Under the pieces are notes generated by a model, which saw nothing but the letters and a program-made list of their open reading frames with translations, did not search any database and was not told the origin of the DNA. This document shows, one piece after another, positions 1 to 10,792 of a stretch of 64,000 nucleotides of DNA. Source of the DNA: Picochlorum sp. SENEW3. Its lineage: Eukaryota. The stretch is taken from the NCBI GenBank assembly GCA_034226945.1, contig CP120462.1, forward strand, positions 744,001 to 808,000. Direction: 5' to 3'. Each line of letters begins with the position of its first letter. The stretch's first letter is position 1. Position numbers and translations under genes: made by a program.

Positions 1-34
1 TGCTACAACAAACAATGAGGAAACAAGACAGCAT

Positions 35-388
35 TCATTCTGCTGCTTCCTTTCCTCCCCCTTTGCTCGTACTCTGGTCATGTGCTATCTTCCTACTCAG
101 CTGATACAGTCCTGTTGCGGCCATGAAGGCATTTACAGCGAGCAAATTGTAGTTTACAGGATTAATCTGTGTGCTGAACCTGGTCCAAATAAGCCCTGTG
201 GCAGTCACAGCAATTTGCTGGGGATATGATATAAAGTCTGCAGGTCTTTGAAAATCAGCAATATTTGCAATGGTGATACACCATTTGAACGTCGGTGCCC
301 AAAAATGGATGGTTTTTGGTCCGGCAGGATGATTCCAAAACGCCTGCAGTCTACCAGCGAGACTGCGAGATGTATTGCTCGCAGCCAT
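35..388 (-). CDS. MPC2: Mitochondrial pyruvate carrier (MPC2-type)
   Basis: FWNHPAGPKTIHFWAPTFKW and NYNLLAVNAF motifs typical of the MPC family; likely ATG at 388 (MAASNTS) within ORF 35..511. Confidence 0.9.
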   Translation of the reverse strand: MAASNTSRSLAGRLQAFWNHPAGPKTIHFWAPTFKWCITIANIADFQRPADFISYPQQIAVTATGLIWTRFSTQINPVNYNLLAVNAFMAATGLYQLSRKIAHDQSTSKGGGKEAAE

Positions 389-581
389 GGTAGTAGATAT
401 CTGTTGTAATTTGTGTCTATTTAATGAGTCGCAACAGGGCAAGGGTCGCATGCGTATGTGGGTTCTTGGGAGGAGAACATGGAGAAAATTCCGTAAATAA
501 ATACTATTCAAATTTCATAACAAACACAATGAATGCGAGCGACACCCGTACAGGTGTCAACTCGAAACGTACCATGAATGA

Positions 582-1871
582 ATGGAAAGCATACGTGAGA
601 CCAAGACAACTGCTCCGGTGAACGGAGTTGGAGGTGCGAAGACGAAAACAACGAAAACGACAACAGTCAGCTTTTCTGAACCCACGGGTAGTTTTCCGTT
701 GGTCATCTCTGCTGATATTGACTGGAATGATTTAAAAGCAACGCGGCTAGACCCGTTCCTCTCGCGGCTCAAAGAACATGCCGTACTTGGGGCAGCAAAG
801 GGTTTGTCAGCCATAGTCTCTGAGAACTCGAAACGACGCGAGGGATGTCGCCTGTGCGATTTTGGCGCAGACGTGGCTGTCACGTCGGCGAAAGTGTTCC
901 TAGGATTGGATTTGGAGGCATTTTGTAGGGATGTCGTGGTTGCCATGGTCGAAAATAACCATTTTGTAGCAGTAGCCAAAGTTCAGCATAGAGCATTGAA
1001 CAGCGGTGCAGAACAACTCGTCCAGCAATTAAGTGTATCATTGTTATGTTCCGGGCATGCGCGGCATGCATCGTTAGTTACAAATGCGTTTATTGAAGAA
1101 TGCGAAAGGGTCGGCATGAGTCACAGAGAAATAGCAGCAGCCTTGTCAAATGCTGTGATTGCTGCTGTAGACTGCCATCATGGATGCGCTGTTGCGCGTG
1201 TTCAGAAAAAGATGGTCGAGAATGGTCATTTTGATATTGTCAAGGAACTCACAATCTATATTGGCGAGTTCGCAGGCAGACCTGATGTGGTTGCCATTGG
1301 CACTTTGGATGCCATGAAAATTGATGGTGGGCAAGAAATGGCAGCCAGCGTTGCAGCAGCTGCCATGGCCCAGGGAAGTATTGAGAGCGTCGCCCATGCG
1401 GCATCCATCATGTATGCTCAAACTCATTTAGACATGACCGATGTTGAAAACAATACAACGATCGAATGGGATGAGCAGGGAAAAGTATGCGAAACTATTG
1501 CTCTGGCAGCCATTGAAGGCATTGAGGTACACAAACAGCCTCTTGCTGTGGTTCAGGTCAGTCATCACATGTGGACCCAAGGCCATGGCCACGCCGTAAC
1601 TCGGGCAGTCAAGTACATGGTAGACACCGGTCACTCGTGCCCAGCAGGCCTTATATCGTTGGCAGCAATGACCCATGGATACGTTAGAGTATCTGTATGG
1701 TTGCTCTTTGACATGCTCCAGTCTGGATATGTCATTGCTGTAGTAGTTGTTGCTCTGCAGGCACTCTACCATGCTGTGTGGACTTGGATAAACCCATGGA
1801 ATCGCATACAGACCAGAATAGTGCGTGCAAATAGCATCGCATCCCATCCAATTGACTCAAAAGACGACTGA
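582..1871 (+). CDS. Hypothetical Ala/Val-rich helical-repeat protein
   Basis: 429-aa intronless ORF, divergent from MPC; recurring helical units ending in GH/NH/GY; hydrophobic C-terminus. Confidence 0.6.
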   Translation: MESIRETKTTAPVNGVGGAKTKTTKTTTVSFSEPTGSFPLVISADIDWNDLKATRLDPFLSRLKEHAVLGAAKGLSAIVSENSKRREGCRLCDFGADVAVTSAKVFLGLDLEAFCRDVVVAMVENNHFVAVAKVQHRALNSGAEQLVQQLSVSLLCSGHARHASLVTNAFIEECERVGMSHREIAAALSNAVIAAVDCHHGCAVARVQKKMVENGHFDIVKELTIYIGEFAGRPDVVAIGTLDAMKIDGGQEMAASVAAAAMAQGSIESVAHAASIMYAQTHLDMTDVENNTTIEWDEQGKVCETIALAAIEGIEVHKQPLAVVQVSHHMWTQGHGHAVTRAVKYMVDTGHSCPAGLISLAAMTHGYVRVSVWLLFDMLQSGYVIAVVVVALQALYHAVWTWINPWNRIQTRIVRANSIASHPIDSKDD

Positions 1872-2585
1872 TGACAATGCATTGGCCATCACGTACTTTC
1901 ATGTGTATTTAATACAAACAGAAAAGTATCACCATCCTTTTTTGATATCGAAGATTTTCTCGGAAAGAATACAATAGTATGACAGGACATTGGATATCTC
2001 CATGAATTGAAGTACCATGTGATACTATTACACACATGTTGATGTAAAAATTCATAGAAATTCTACATCTCTGTATTCTTTCTAATGAAGGAATGACGCG
2101 ACTCACTTGCCGCAGATGAAAATGAATGAAACCCAACTACTATGTATTACGATTTGGTAAACTTACACGTTTTATGTACGCACAGAGTGCGCAGATAGAG
2201 AGAAAAAGAGACTTTTCCGGACACCGCGTGGGCTTCCGACACCGTCCCGACGTCTTTGACTACTATTCAATTGATCTAAATACAGGTACGGGAAAGTAGT
2301 GATCTAGTTAAGTATTATTCTCAAACAATTGGGTGCACAGAGGTGAGAGCAACAAAGAGATTGCTACAAGCGAACCCTTTTTCTCGGTTGGTGTCTGTAG
2401 CCGACTTCTTTCTGTCGGTATCTGTATCGTCATCTTGGAGCACGCTTCTTGGTATATAATTGAATTCTAACGCCATTATGTGCAAACCTACAGGGGTATC
2501 GGTCCTGTGTATTCGGTGTGAACATTGGTCTTCTGGCTGTTTGTTTGGTTGGCCTGAGCAACGACAATTTTGTGGGGTTCTGGGA

Positions 2586-4792
2586 TGGAATACTCTCGGT
2601 ATGATCCCATACATGAATACAAGAATGATGAAGTTATGAGAACTCGTTCGGAGGTGAGTGCTGCTGAGAAGCTAGGGGATCCTTTGCATGGCATAGGAGA
2701 GTCGAGCGTTGGGCCTCGGAGAGGGAGTATTGAGTCGACAGAGACGAACAATAATGTTCTGCTCGAGAGAAGCGGCAGTGCGACGTACGAGGATACGTTT
2801 GGAAGGGGTGATCACGGATTGGAGCATTGGAGTCATAGACATAGGGCACCTGCTGGGCGGTCACAGTCAATGAAGGTTGCTGCTCAGACAGAAAGTTTTG
2901 AGGAGATTAATGGGGGTGTGGGATTTCCTTACAAACAGATAAAGTTGCCTCCTCTGGAAAAGGTTGTCAAAGGGGAGGCTTGCGGGGAGTCAACAGGGCA
3001 ACGCGCCGCTAAAAGTGTCGCAGTGGTGTCCAGTCTGGCGGATCGAGGAGATCCGCATCGGATGTCGCCGGATTTTGAGGTATTTTTTGGAGATTCATGC
3101 AAAGTGAACGAATCGTTTGATTCTTCGTTTGGAAAGAAAGATGTGCTTCAGGACATGGATGTGTTTGATTCAGAACATGTACGGGAGCACAGTGCTCAGA
3201 CTGCAGGTAGCAGAGGAAGTTTTGATGCATTGGTGTCGCATGGAGTGCATGGTGGTACCAAACTGAGGCGGCATAGTATGGAGAGCTCTGTCAGTGCGTT
3301 TCCAATGCGAGTGAATGGGCAGCAAAGGACATTGTATGGGACATATCCAACCGTTGCAGAATCACTCAAAGCGTCTTTGGAAGAGCCAGATGGCACTGGT
3401 CAAGAGGTGCATTCATTATCGAATAATCTGCGCCGGTCCCCGTTGAAGAGTATTGATAGAGTAGGTTTCACTGTCAGTTCAGAGCTCAGCAGTCCAAAGA
3501 GACGATTCAGAACCGGTCCCTCTGCTGCTGCGCATGCAAGCCAGCTCGTCGATCAGCACACTCACCCCGAGTCAGCCCATGAGAAAATGCGAGTTTCGAA
3601 GAGTTCTAAAGGAAGTTCAGCAATTACAATTATGGATGCGGATTTGCATGATACGTTTGGAGCCCATGATTGGGTTGCTGCAGCGAAGAAGGAAAAGGCA
3701 AGATCCCTGCTTGTTTCAAAAGCGCCAACACTTTCTCCAATCCAATCTCCTGGACAACAAGAAAAGATTAGTCCGAAATTTGAGGGTATGAAAAATTATC
3801 CCCTGGCATCTGCACATTTGAGTTCCGATTATTTACAGCGGAGAAAACAAGCCCGGCTGGATGCTGAGGAATATGATCAGAATGGAAGAGGGTATATTGC
3901 TGAGGCAAAGAGAGTATTAAATGAGGCCATGGGCTTTATGTCGTCGCCAGAGACAGTCTCTACGTTCGATAGCTATTCTGGGGCGATTGAACCATTGCTG
4001 CTTCATTTGAAGTCAGTGGCTGGGGATAACAGAAAATGCCGTTCTGCTCTGAGAACCTTGGCATTGCTTGAATCAAATCTCCCAAACAGAGCCATAATAT
4101 CTGGATTAGAGGGGCGTCGTATATTGTTGAAGGTAGTATCTCAGTGTTCTGATATTGATGTCCAGGAATCTGGTATACAGCTACTGTGGGATCTCGATGA
4201 GCAAGTAGGTGCCAATGCTGCCGAGATTATGACCGAATTGGATCTGCTTTCATTTGGCGTCGTCCTCTCAAAGACTCGCAATTGTGAGATTGCTTCTCAC
4301 GTCTTGCATTTTATGAAGATTGCATTACATCAGCCACCTGAATTACGGATGTATATATCAGGGCCAACTGTACTCGATTTATCATACAAGTTAACTGCAG
4401 AAACATGCACGCATTGCCATTATCTTCAGGACGCAGCACAATATTGTCTCGGAGAGACTCTTGGAGCACTTTTATCAGATGTAAGTTTGCCTGATGCAGA
4501 TGTCAAAGAGTGCCTGGCAAAAATTTTGTCAGCTCTGTTGGCATGTGGCGAAGGTGGACAATGCCAACTTTTATTGACAGTTCTAAGTTCCTTGGCCGTT
4601 CGAAGAAAACCTAGAAGTATTCTAATAGAAATTGAAGGAGCTTCCAAGGTAATCTCATTCACTGAGAGCACTGAGGATACACGGCTACAGGCCCGTGCTT
4701 TCTCTCTCCTCAAAGTACTCTCAAGTGGACATCACAAGCCAGCAAAGCATCGAGGTTCCTGGTATTTTGATCTGGATGATCACTTGGAATAG
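2586..4792 (+). CDS. Hypothetical protein; disordered Ser-rich N-terminus, ARM/HEAT-like C-terminal region
   Basis: Long ORF 2570..4792, first ATG at 2586; Leu-rich helical C-terminus (e.g. LPNRAIISGLEGRRILLKVV, QESGIQLLWDL). Confidence 0.6.
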
Positions 4793-4943
4793 AGCACGAA
4801 AAGAATGTGTCCAATGTCTACTAATGAATGGAATTTGCAAATAAATAGTTGAAAAGTGAAAGTGCATCATGTACAGACAATGCATGGAGACATGAAATCG
4901 TATTATTCTGTATCATTTTTCAGTGTCATTTTAAAAACAGTCT

Positions 4944-7127
4944 TCATGAACCACTAGACGCATCTCCTCGCCCGAGCCTCGACCGACCTTGCGATGATCT
5001 GCCAAATGAGGGTGATGGCGAATGACGATCCCCTGACTGTCCCTGATCCTCTGTCGCAGTTTGAGCCGCAGCCTGAATTTGCCGTTTCAGCGTGCGACCT
5101 TCTAATACGAATGAAAACTTGCAGCTCTGTAGGGCTTGCTTATACGCGGCCTTTTCAATCTTGAGGATCCTACAAGGAGGAACAGCAATCGCATCAAAGT
5201 CTGGAATGTATGACTCCTGGGACAGAGCTCTGTTGCCCAATACCGACCATGGTCCTAACACAAATGAGAAACCTTCGGAACTTGTGTGCACTTCCACCTT
5301 GCCTTGCAAAATCAGAATAAAATGAGTGCTCTTGTGCCCCTTGGTATACAGCTCGAGTTCTTTATCCTCCATCGCTCTACTAAAAGCATCAGAAGCTCTA
5401 CCAACACTGGATATAGATGCCAGATCAGAATGTGGACTCTGAGGCGCACTTGAACTTGGAGTACCAGGGAGTGTCCGCGCAGTCGCTGCTTCTGATCTCT
5501 CAATGAGCGTCCCAGTATGCACCAGCGTTTTAATCTGCACTTCATGTCTGCCCAATAAGGCAAACTCGTCCACATTCAATGCTAAAAATGAACAAACCGC
5601 CTTCACTTCTTCAGATGACAGCCCTTTATCTTGACTCTCTTTCCTCTCAAACATTTTCAAAAAGGCATCAATATCATTCTTTCTCCGAATCCTGCTAGGC
5701 ACCCGAGCCTCGACATCTTCCCATTGATCAGATTCATCGACAATCTCAGTACGAATAACCTCTTCAATAACATCTTCAAGCGTTATGATACCCACAACTT
5801 CGCCTTCATCCTCTTCCCCCGGCGCCTCACCAAACTCTTGATGCTCTGGATCCAGAGCAAAGTGAACCACCCGCTCCTCCTCACCCTTTTCCACATCCTT
5901 CACCTCACCATTCTCTATCCGAGGGATTGTCGAAGCATCTTTGTCTACATCAACCACATCAGTTATCATAGCACGATGTTTCTGCTGCTGCTGCTGCTGT
6001 CGAGCATGCACAATCATCAAATGCGTCCCTGATGCCAAAAATCGTGCCAGCGCCTTGTCCAATTTAATATCCGCAAACACATGCCCACCATGCCTTCCTC
6101 GAAACGATAAAATCGTCATTAATTCAATCTCATCTTCCGGATCCACAAGAATCAAATCTTTGGCATACAGCACTCCAACAATATTCCCCCGATTCCCACT
6201 GAACACTGGTATCCTGGTATACCCAGATTTATATACATCCAGCATGGTTGAAAAATTAAGCCTCGCTGACGCCTCAAGCATATAACACTGATCCAAAGAC
6301 GTCATCACATCTTTCACACGCTTATCCTTATACTCGAGCGCCGCCACCAAAAGACGATGATCAGATTCATTCAAACCAGACTCTGCCTTGGCATCAGGGT
6401 CAGTCGCATGCAACTCAATCAACCGCTTAATCTCATCCACAGTATACACATTTCCAATATCCCTGCCTAAGAAATAATTCAATACTAAAGAGAGAGGATA
6501 ACACACCGGGAAGAACAAAATCCTGAAAAACTTGACAATGTAAATGGTGTGCGACCCGATAAACAGAGCGTGCCTTGAACACACTGCCTGCGGCGTGATT
6601 TCACCGAATATCAGGACTGCCACAACAGATACAATCAAACCGACTATACCTGACGTCAAATCTGCCAACAGAATGGACAGCCCATTATTCACAATCGTAT
6701 TCCCCAACAATAATGTACACAGCAACAGGTTTCCATTTGTCCTAATGGGAATAATTTTCTTTGCATACTTCCTCTCCTTCTCATCCCCTGCACTCTGCAG
6801 TACCTTCAAGGCTACAAGATCCAAGCTCAAAAGACCCAGGGTGAGCCCCGAGAAGAGCGCGGAAAAGCAAATGAGAACCGCAGCCACCACAATGCTGACT
6901 GCCAATGGAATTCCAATGCCTCCTCCATCATCATCTGACGCCCACGCATCACATGCTGCCACCATGCAGTCTTCCACGCAGTCATACCCATCACTTGTGC
7001 TATTATTTAAACCGCCGTCATCTAACCGAAACTCCAGCACCGCTGTCCCATTCGAACATTGAGATACGCAGGTCTGCAAGGCCTCGACAACAGCAGCAGT
7101 CACGTTGTTGTTGACGATATTGGCCAT
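4944..7127 (-). CDS. CNNM/DUF21 + CBS-pair + cNMP-like domain Mg2+/metal transporter
   Basis: SALFSGLTLGLLSLD, LLCTLLLGN, FGEITPQA, GYTRIPV, GIITLEDVIEE motifs. Confidence 0.93.
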   Translation of the reverse strand: MANIVNNNVTAAVVEALQTCVSQCSNGTAVLEFRLDDGGLNNSTSDGYDCVEDCMVAACDAWASDDDGGGIGIPLAVSIVVAAVLICFSALFSGLTLGLLSLDLVALKVLQSAGDEKERKYAKKIIPIRTNGNLLLCTLLLGNTIVNNGLSILLADLTSGIVGLIVSVVAVLIFGEITPQAVCSRHALFIGSHTIYIVKFFRILFFPVCYPLSLVLNYFLGRDIGNVYTVDEIKRLIELHATDPDAKAESGLNESDHRLLVAALEYKDKRVKDVMTSLDQCYMLEASARLNFSTMLDVYKSGYTRIPVFSGNRGNIVGVLYAKDLILVDPEDEIELMTILSFRGRHGGHVFADIKLDKALARFLASGTHLMIVHARQQQQQQKHRAMITDVVDVDKDASTIPRIENGEVKDVEKGEEERVVHFALDPEHQEFGEAPGEEDEGEVVGIITLEDVIEEVIRTEIVDESDQWEDVEARVPSRIRRKNDIDAFLKMFERKESQDKGLSSEEVKAVCSFLALNVDEFALLGRHEVQIKTLVHTGTLIERSEAATARTLPGTPSSSAPQSPHSDLASISSVGRASDAFSRAMEDKELELYTKGHKSTHFILILQGKVEVHTSSEGFSFVLGPWSVLGNRALSQESYIPDFDAIAVPPCRILKIEKAAYKQALQSCKFSFVLEGRTLKRQIQAAAQTATEDQGQSGDRHSPSPSFGRSSQGRSRLGRGDASSGS

Positions 7128-7695
7128 TCAACACCCACAGCCACGCCCTATGAATCCCCAAATGGATAAATGCTACTACTACTGTACTGGCCCGTATCAC
7201 CGTGTACAAGAGTAGACGTTGAGGTCAGCTGGTGGCACCCTAGAAAACGGTATACGCGTGTGGCAGTCACCACAGGAATAAATGGATGTCGAGCGATACC
7301 TGTAGCTCAAGAATATAGACAATATGAAAATAAACATGCATGCATGCGTGGCTTTGGTTGGCAGAATCCATCTCAAATGACCGTAAATAGAACATTACAT
7401 ACGACATGCTCCTTGGCATTGTGATGTGGCATCCATGAGTATAAATCAGAGGAATCGCTCCTCGATTGGACTATAATTACCATTCAATTAATAATTAACA
7501 GCCAATTAGGTATCGATAGGGTGTACAGAGGTGGTCGTTGTTGTTGTGGCATTTTCAACAACAGCATTTTCAATAACAACGCCAGCAATATTCCCCATTG
7601 TCGTCCATATGGGAGTGATTGCTTGAATAGTATCACTATTTATAAAAGAATTGTAGAGTAGAAGGGGTTGAAACGTAGAGAAAGGCGAAAACAAG

Positions 7696-9564
7696 ATGGT
7701 GGTTCAGACCAGGCGTTCAAAACGACAAAAGTGTCAGGATGAAAATTCTGACGTGCATCGCATGAGTAGGAGCAGTAGTGCATTAGATCTTACAAGTCCA
7801 TGTGATTACACTGGAGTGGGAAAGATGACGCCTCTGATGGATGGTGGAGACAAGGAAGGCGTTGTTAGAGCACGGGCAAGGTCTGTGCTTGGTGTCAAGC
7901 ATGTGAATAGTATTCCGACGACGACGAGTCCGCACGAGGTTACCAAAGTTCCTCAGTCTATGCCTACGGATGATGATGATGTGTTTGATGGGGGTCATGC
8001 GCATCATGCCAAGTCAAAGACGCGGTCTCGTGTGACGTGCGGTGGTTTGCCAGCACGGTGTCCGACACTGGAGGGGCATGACACTGCCGTGTCATTGTCG
8101 ACGTTGCCCGATTCATGTTTGCTGGAGATTTTCAGGCATAGTAGTAGCGATGAATCAGGTTCGACGGTTGAATACGCTGCGAATCCTTGCATGTCTGTGT
8201 ACCCATTGGTCTGTCAGAGGTGGAAAGACTTGCTTGGTGGTCCAAGTTCAGTGTGGGAGCATGTTTGCGTTGGGTCATCTTTGCGTCGGATCGACGTCGA
8301 TAGGATGGTATCATGGATGGAAAAGAGGGATCCATCTATCAAGAAGGTTTCGTATGCGTTCAGAGGTGCATTTGAATACACTACTACTGCTGGTGCCCTG
8401 AAAGAGGTGGATACTGTATGGGATTTGATCCATGTGGCACTTGGGCCAAAGAACTTGGCAGCCATGATTGAATCATTGGAGTTTACGTCTTTGGAGACAC
8501 ACGTGTATGAGAATATACTAAAGCATGCAGCGGCGTACTTTCCCAACCTTCATTCTCTGTCCCTATCTGGTCTTGGCGACCTGAGCAAGGACGCCATGCA
8601 GAGATTGGAGGCACTCAAGGGACTTGAACATCTTTCCCTCAGGTTTGATAAAGATGTCCTGCATCCTTTCCAGGGCGAGAATGGATCCCTCCCCGCTAGT
8701 ATCTTTGCGATGACACAGCTGAAATCGCTCACGCTGGAGACCAAGGGGATTTGCAGCATCCAGCCAGCAATTTCAACCATGAAGAATTTGGAAGAGCTCA
8801 AATTAGAGTCGATGACGAATATGGCATCGCTTCCATTGATGATTGTTCAACTCAGAAACTTGACAAAGTTGTCGTTGAAAGGAAGTAAAGGATTATTCGG
8901 AGCTGCCAACTCAAGCCGCAATGGTGGAACCATAGAGCCTGGGACTGAACGCATGTTTTGGATGATTCGCTCCCTCCCTCGCCTGGAACAGCTCAACCTG
9001 GATGGTTGCGGCATCAAAGAATTCCCTCTTCTGGATTCTCTTCCAGTGAACTCATCACTGAAGAGGCTAAGCATGAACGATAATCCGGAAATGGTGTTTA
9101 AAAAGGGCCTTGCAGCCTTTCAAGCCTTGGAATGGGTGTCTATGAAAAGCTGCAACATGCCCTGCGTGTCATCAGCTGTGACGGCGCTGAAAAATCTTCG
9201 ATACCTTGACATATCTAATAATGGACTCGTGGAGTGCAATGGACTGGGAAAACTGTCCAAGTTGAGAGTGTTGCATGCATCCCACAACCACTTTCCATCC
9301 TTCCCTCGTGATATCCTTGCACTCTCAAATCTCAAAGAGCTACACATGTATGGCTGTATATATTTGGAATTCCCCGCCAGTTTGGAGCATTTGACAACCG
9401 CCTGGAAGCACATGGTCAGAATGGACCTCAGAAAGGGAGTTGCACCGCATCCTGCCAGATACCAGGCATCATCATTGTACTGGCTGCGCAAGCTTGATGA
9501 AGCATATGAAGCAACACATCAGCGATCCGGTGTGATTCTCTTTGATGCAAGCAACGATGAATGA
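7696..9564 (+). CDS. F-box/leucine-rich repeat protein
   Basis: F-box-like LSTLPDSCLLEIF...VCQRWKDL followed by multiple LxxLxLxxN/C repeats. Confidence 0.85.
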   Translation: MVVQTRRSKRQKCQDENSDVHRMSRSSSALDLTSPCDYTGVGKMTPLMDGGDKEGVVRARARSVLGVKHVNSIPTTTSPHEVTKVPQSMPTDDDDVFDGGHAHHAKSKTRSRVTCGGLPARCPTLEGHDTAVSLSTLPDSCLLEIFRHSSSDESGSTVEYAANPCMSVYPLVCQRWKDLLGGPSSVWEHVCVGSSLRRIDVDRMVSWMEKRDPSIKKVSYAFRGAFEYTTTAGALKEVDTVWDLIHVALGPKNLAAMIESLEFTSLETHVYENILKHAAAYFPNLHSLSLSGLGDLSKDAMQRLEALKGLEHLSLRFDKDVLHPFQGENGSLPASIFAMTQLKSLTLETKGICSIQPAISTMKNLEELKLESMTNMASLPLMIVQLRNLTKLSLKGSKGLFGAANSSRNGGTIEPGTERMFWMIRSLPRLEQLNLDGCGIKEFPLLDSLPVNSSLKRLSMNDNPEMVFKKGLAAFQALEWVSMKSCNMPCVSSAVTALKNLRYLDISNNGLVECNGLGKLSKLRVLHASHNHFPSFPRDILALSNLKELHMYGCIYLEFPASLEHLTTAWKHMVRMDLRKGVAPHPARYQASSLYWLRKLDEAYEATHQRSGVILFDASNDE

Positions 9565-9774
9565 ATCCATTCATACAACAATAGAGATATTGTAACACTG
9601 TAATGCGTGATGCCATGCCAGAATTCTTTCTGAAGAAAAAAAAAGCATCTCTGATGAGATTTCTAAAACGGAGACATTAAAAAAATAGGCCATGGATCTC
9701 AAATTCGATCTAAGAAATACTTTCGTATTTAATTTTAATAGTATAGTATTTATTGTGGATAGAATTGAATCGAT

Positions 9775-10738
9775 ATGATGAGGACAGCGTCCATGGACGT
9801 GGCCAATCTGGGACCCAGAACCACACATCGTCAACCGAGGTGTAGTATAGAATCAATGCATCCCTATAGGCATATACGTAGAAATAGAAGTCGTATTGTC
9901 CTGGCTGCGGATCGATCTGAGACAGAGTCGCTGAGCGAACTCGAGGTGGAGGTGCCAGAAGACCAGAGACCAGTCAATGAATTGAACCAATTGAAAACCT
10001 CTTTTTTATACTCATGGGTGCGTTCTATAGATATTTCTCTCTTTGGTTGAAATACAATACCCATACAGAAGTATTGATATCATCAACACGTATCTGCAGG
10101 GAATGCTGGAGACTCCAGAATATGTCAAGAAACTGGCAACATTGTGGGGAGGCATGTTTGCCTTGGTGGGATGCCCCATTGCCTTTCAGACGTTTGCTCC
10201 AACAGAACAACCGCTCGAATTTATTCTTTCTGCAGCAACTGGCTCTTTAATTGTGGTCGCGATTGCAAATCTGAGGATTTTCCTGGGATGGAAGTATGTT
10301 GCTGATCGGCTCATGACGGCCACACTAGAATATGAAGAGACTGGATGGTATGATGGGCAATTCTTCGTCAAGCCTCCCGAAATATTAACCCGAGATAGAT
10401 TATTAGGGACGTATCAAGCACGACCGGTTTTGAATAAACTGAAGACGACGTTGCAAGGGACGGGGGCATTGTTGCTTGTATCTGCAATTGCCTTGGCAGT
10501 TCTGATCAACCAGGCTTCGGATGCCGATGGGGTGTATGGCAGAGGAGCAGCCAAGGTCACACCAGATGGTCTAATATTTAGTGATAGAGTGACTTCTATG
10601 AGTGAATTGTATTCGGATGATGAGTTGGCGGAGGCTGAGCAGCGAGCACAGAATGGTATTCCTGGGTATTGCAGAGACAGGTATTTTCAAAGTCTGTCAA
10701 ATGGGGCATCTGTGTGTGATCAGTTGACGAGGAAATGA
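9775..10738 (+). CDS. CGLD27: CGLD27/Ycf36 (DUF1230) plastid protein, 2 exons
   Basis: VPEDQRPVNELNQL...LYSW and YEETGWYDGQFFVKPPEILTRDRL; GT..AG intron 10018-10099 joins ORFs 9775 and 10043 in frame. Confidence 0.9.
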
Positions 10739-10792
10739 ATAATACTCCGATCTATGGTGTAATATTATTTTATTATGAAATAGTAATACTTG

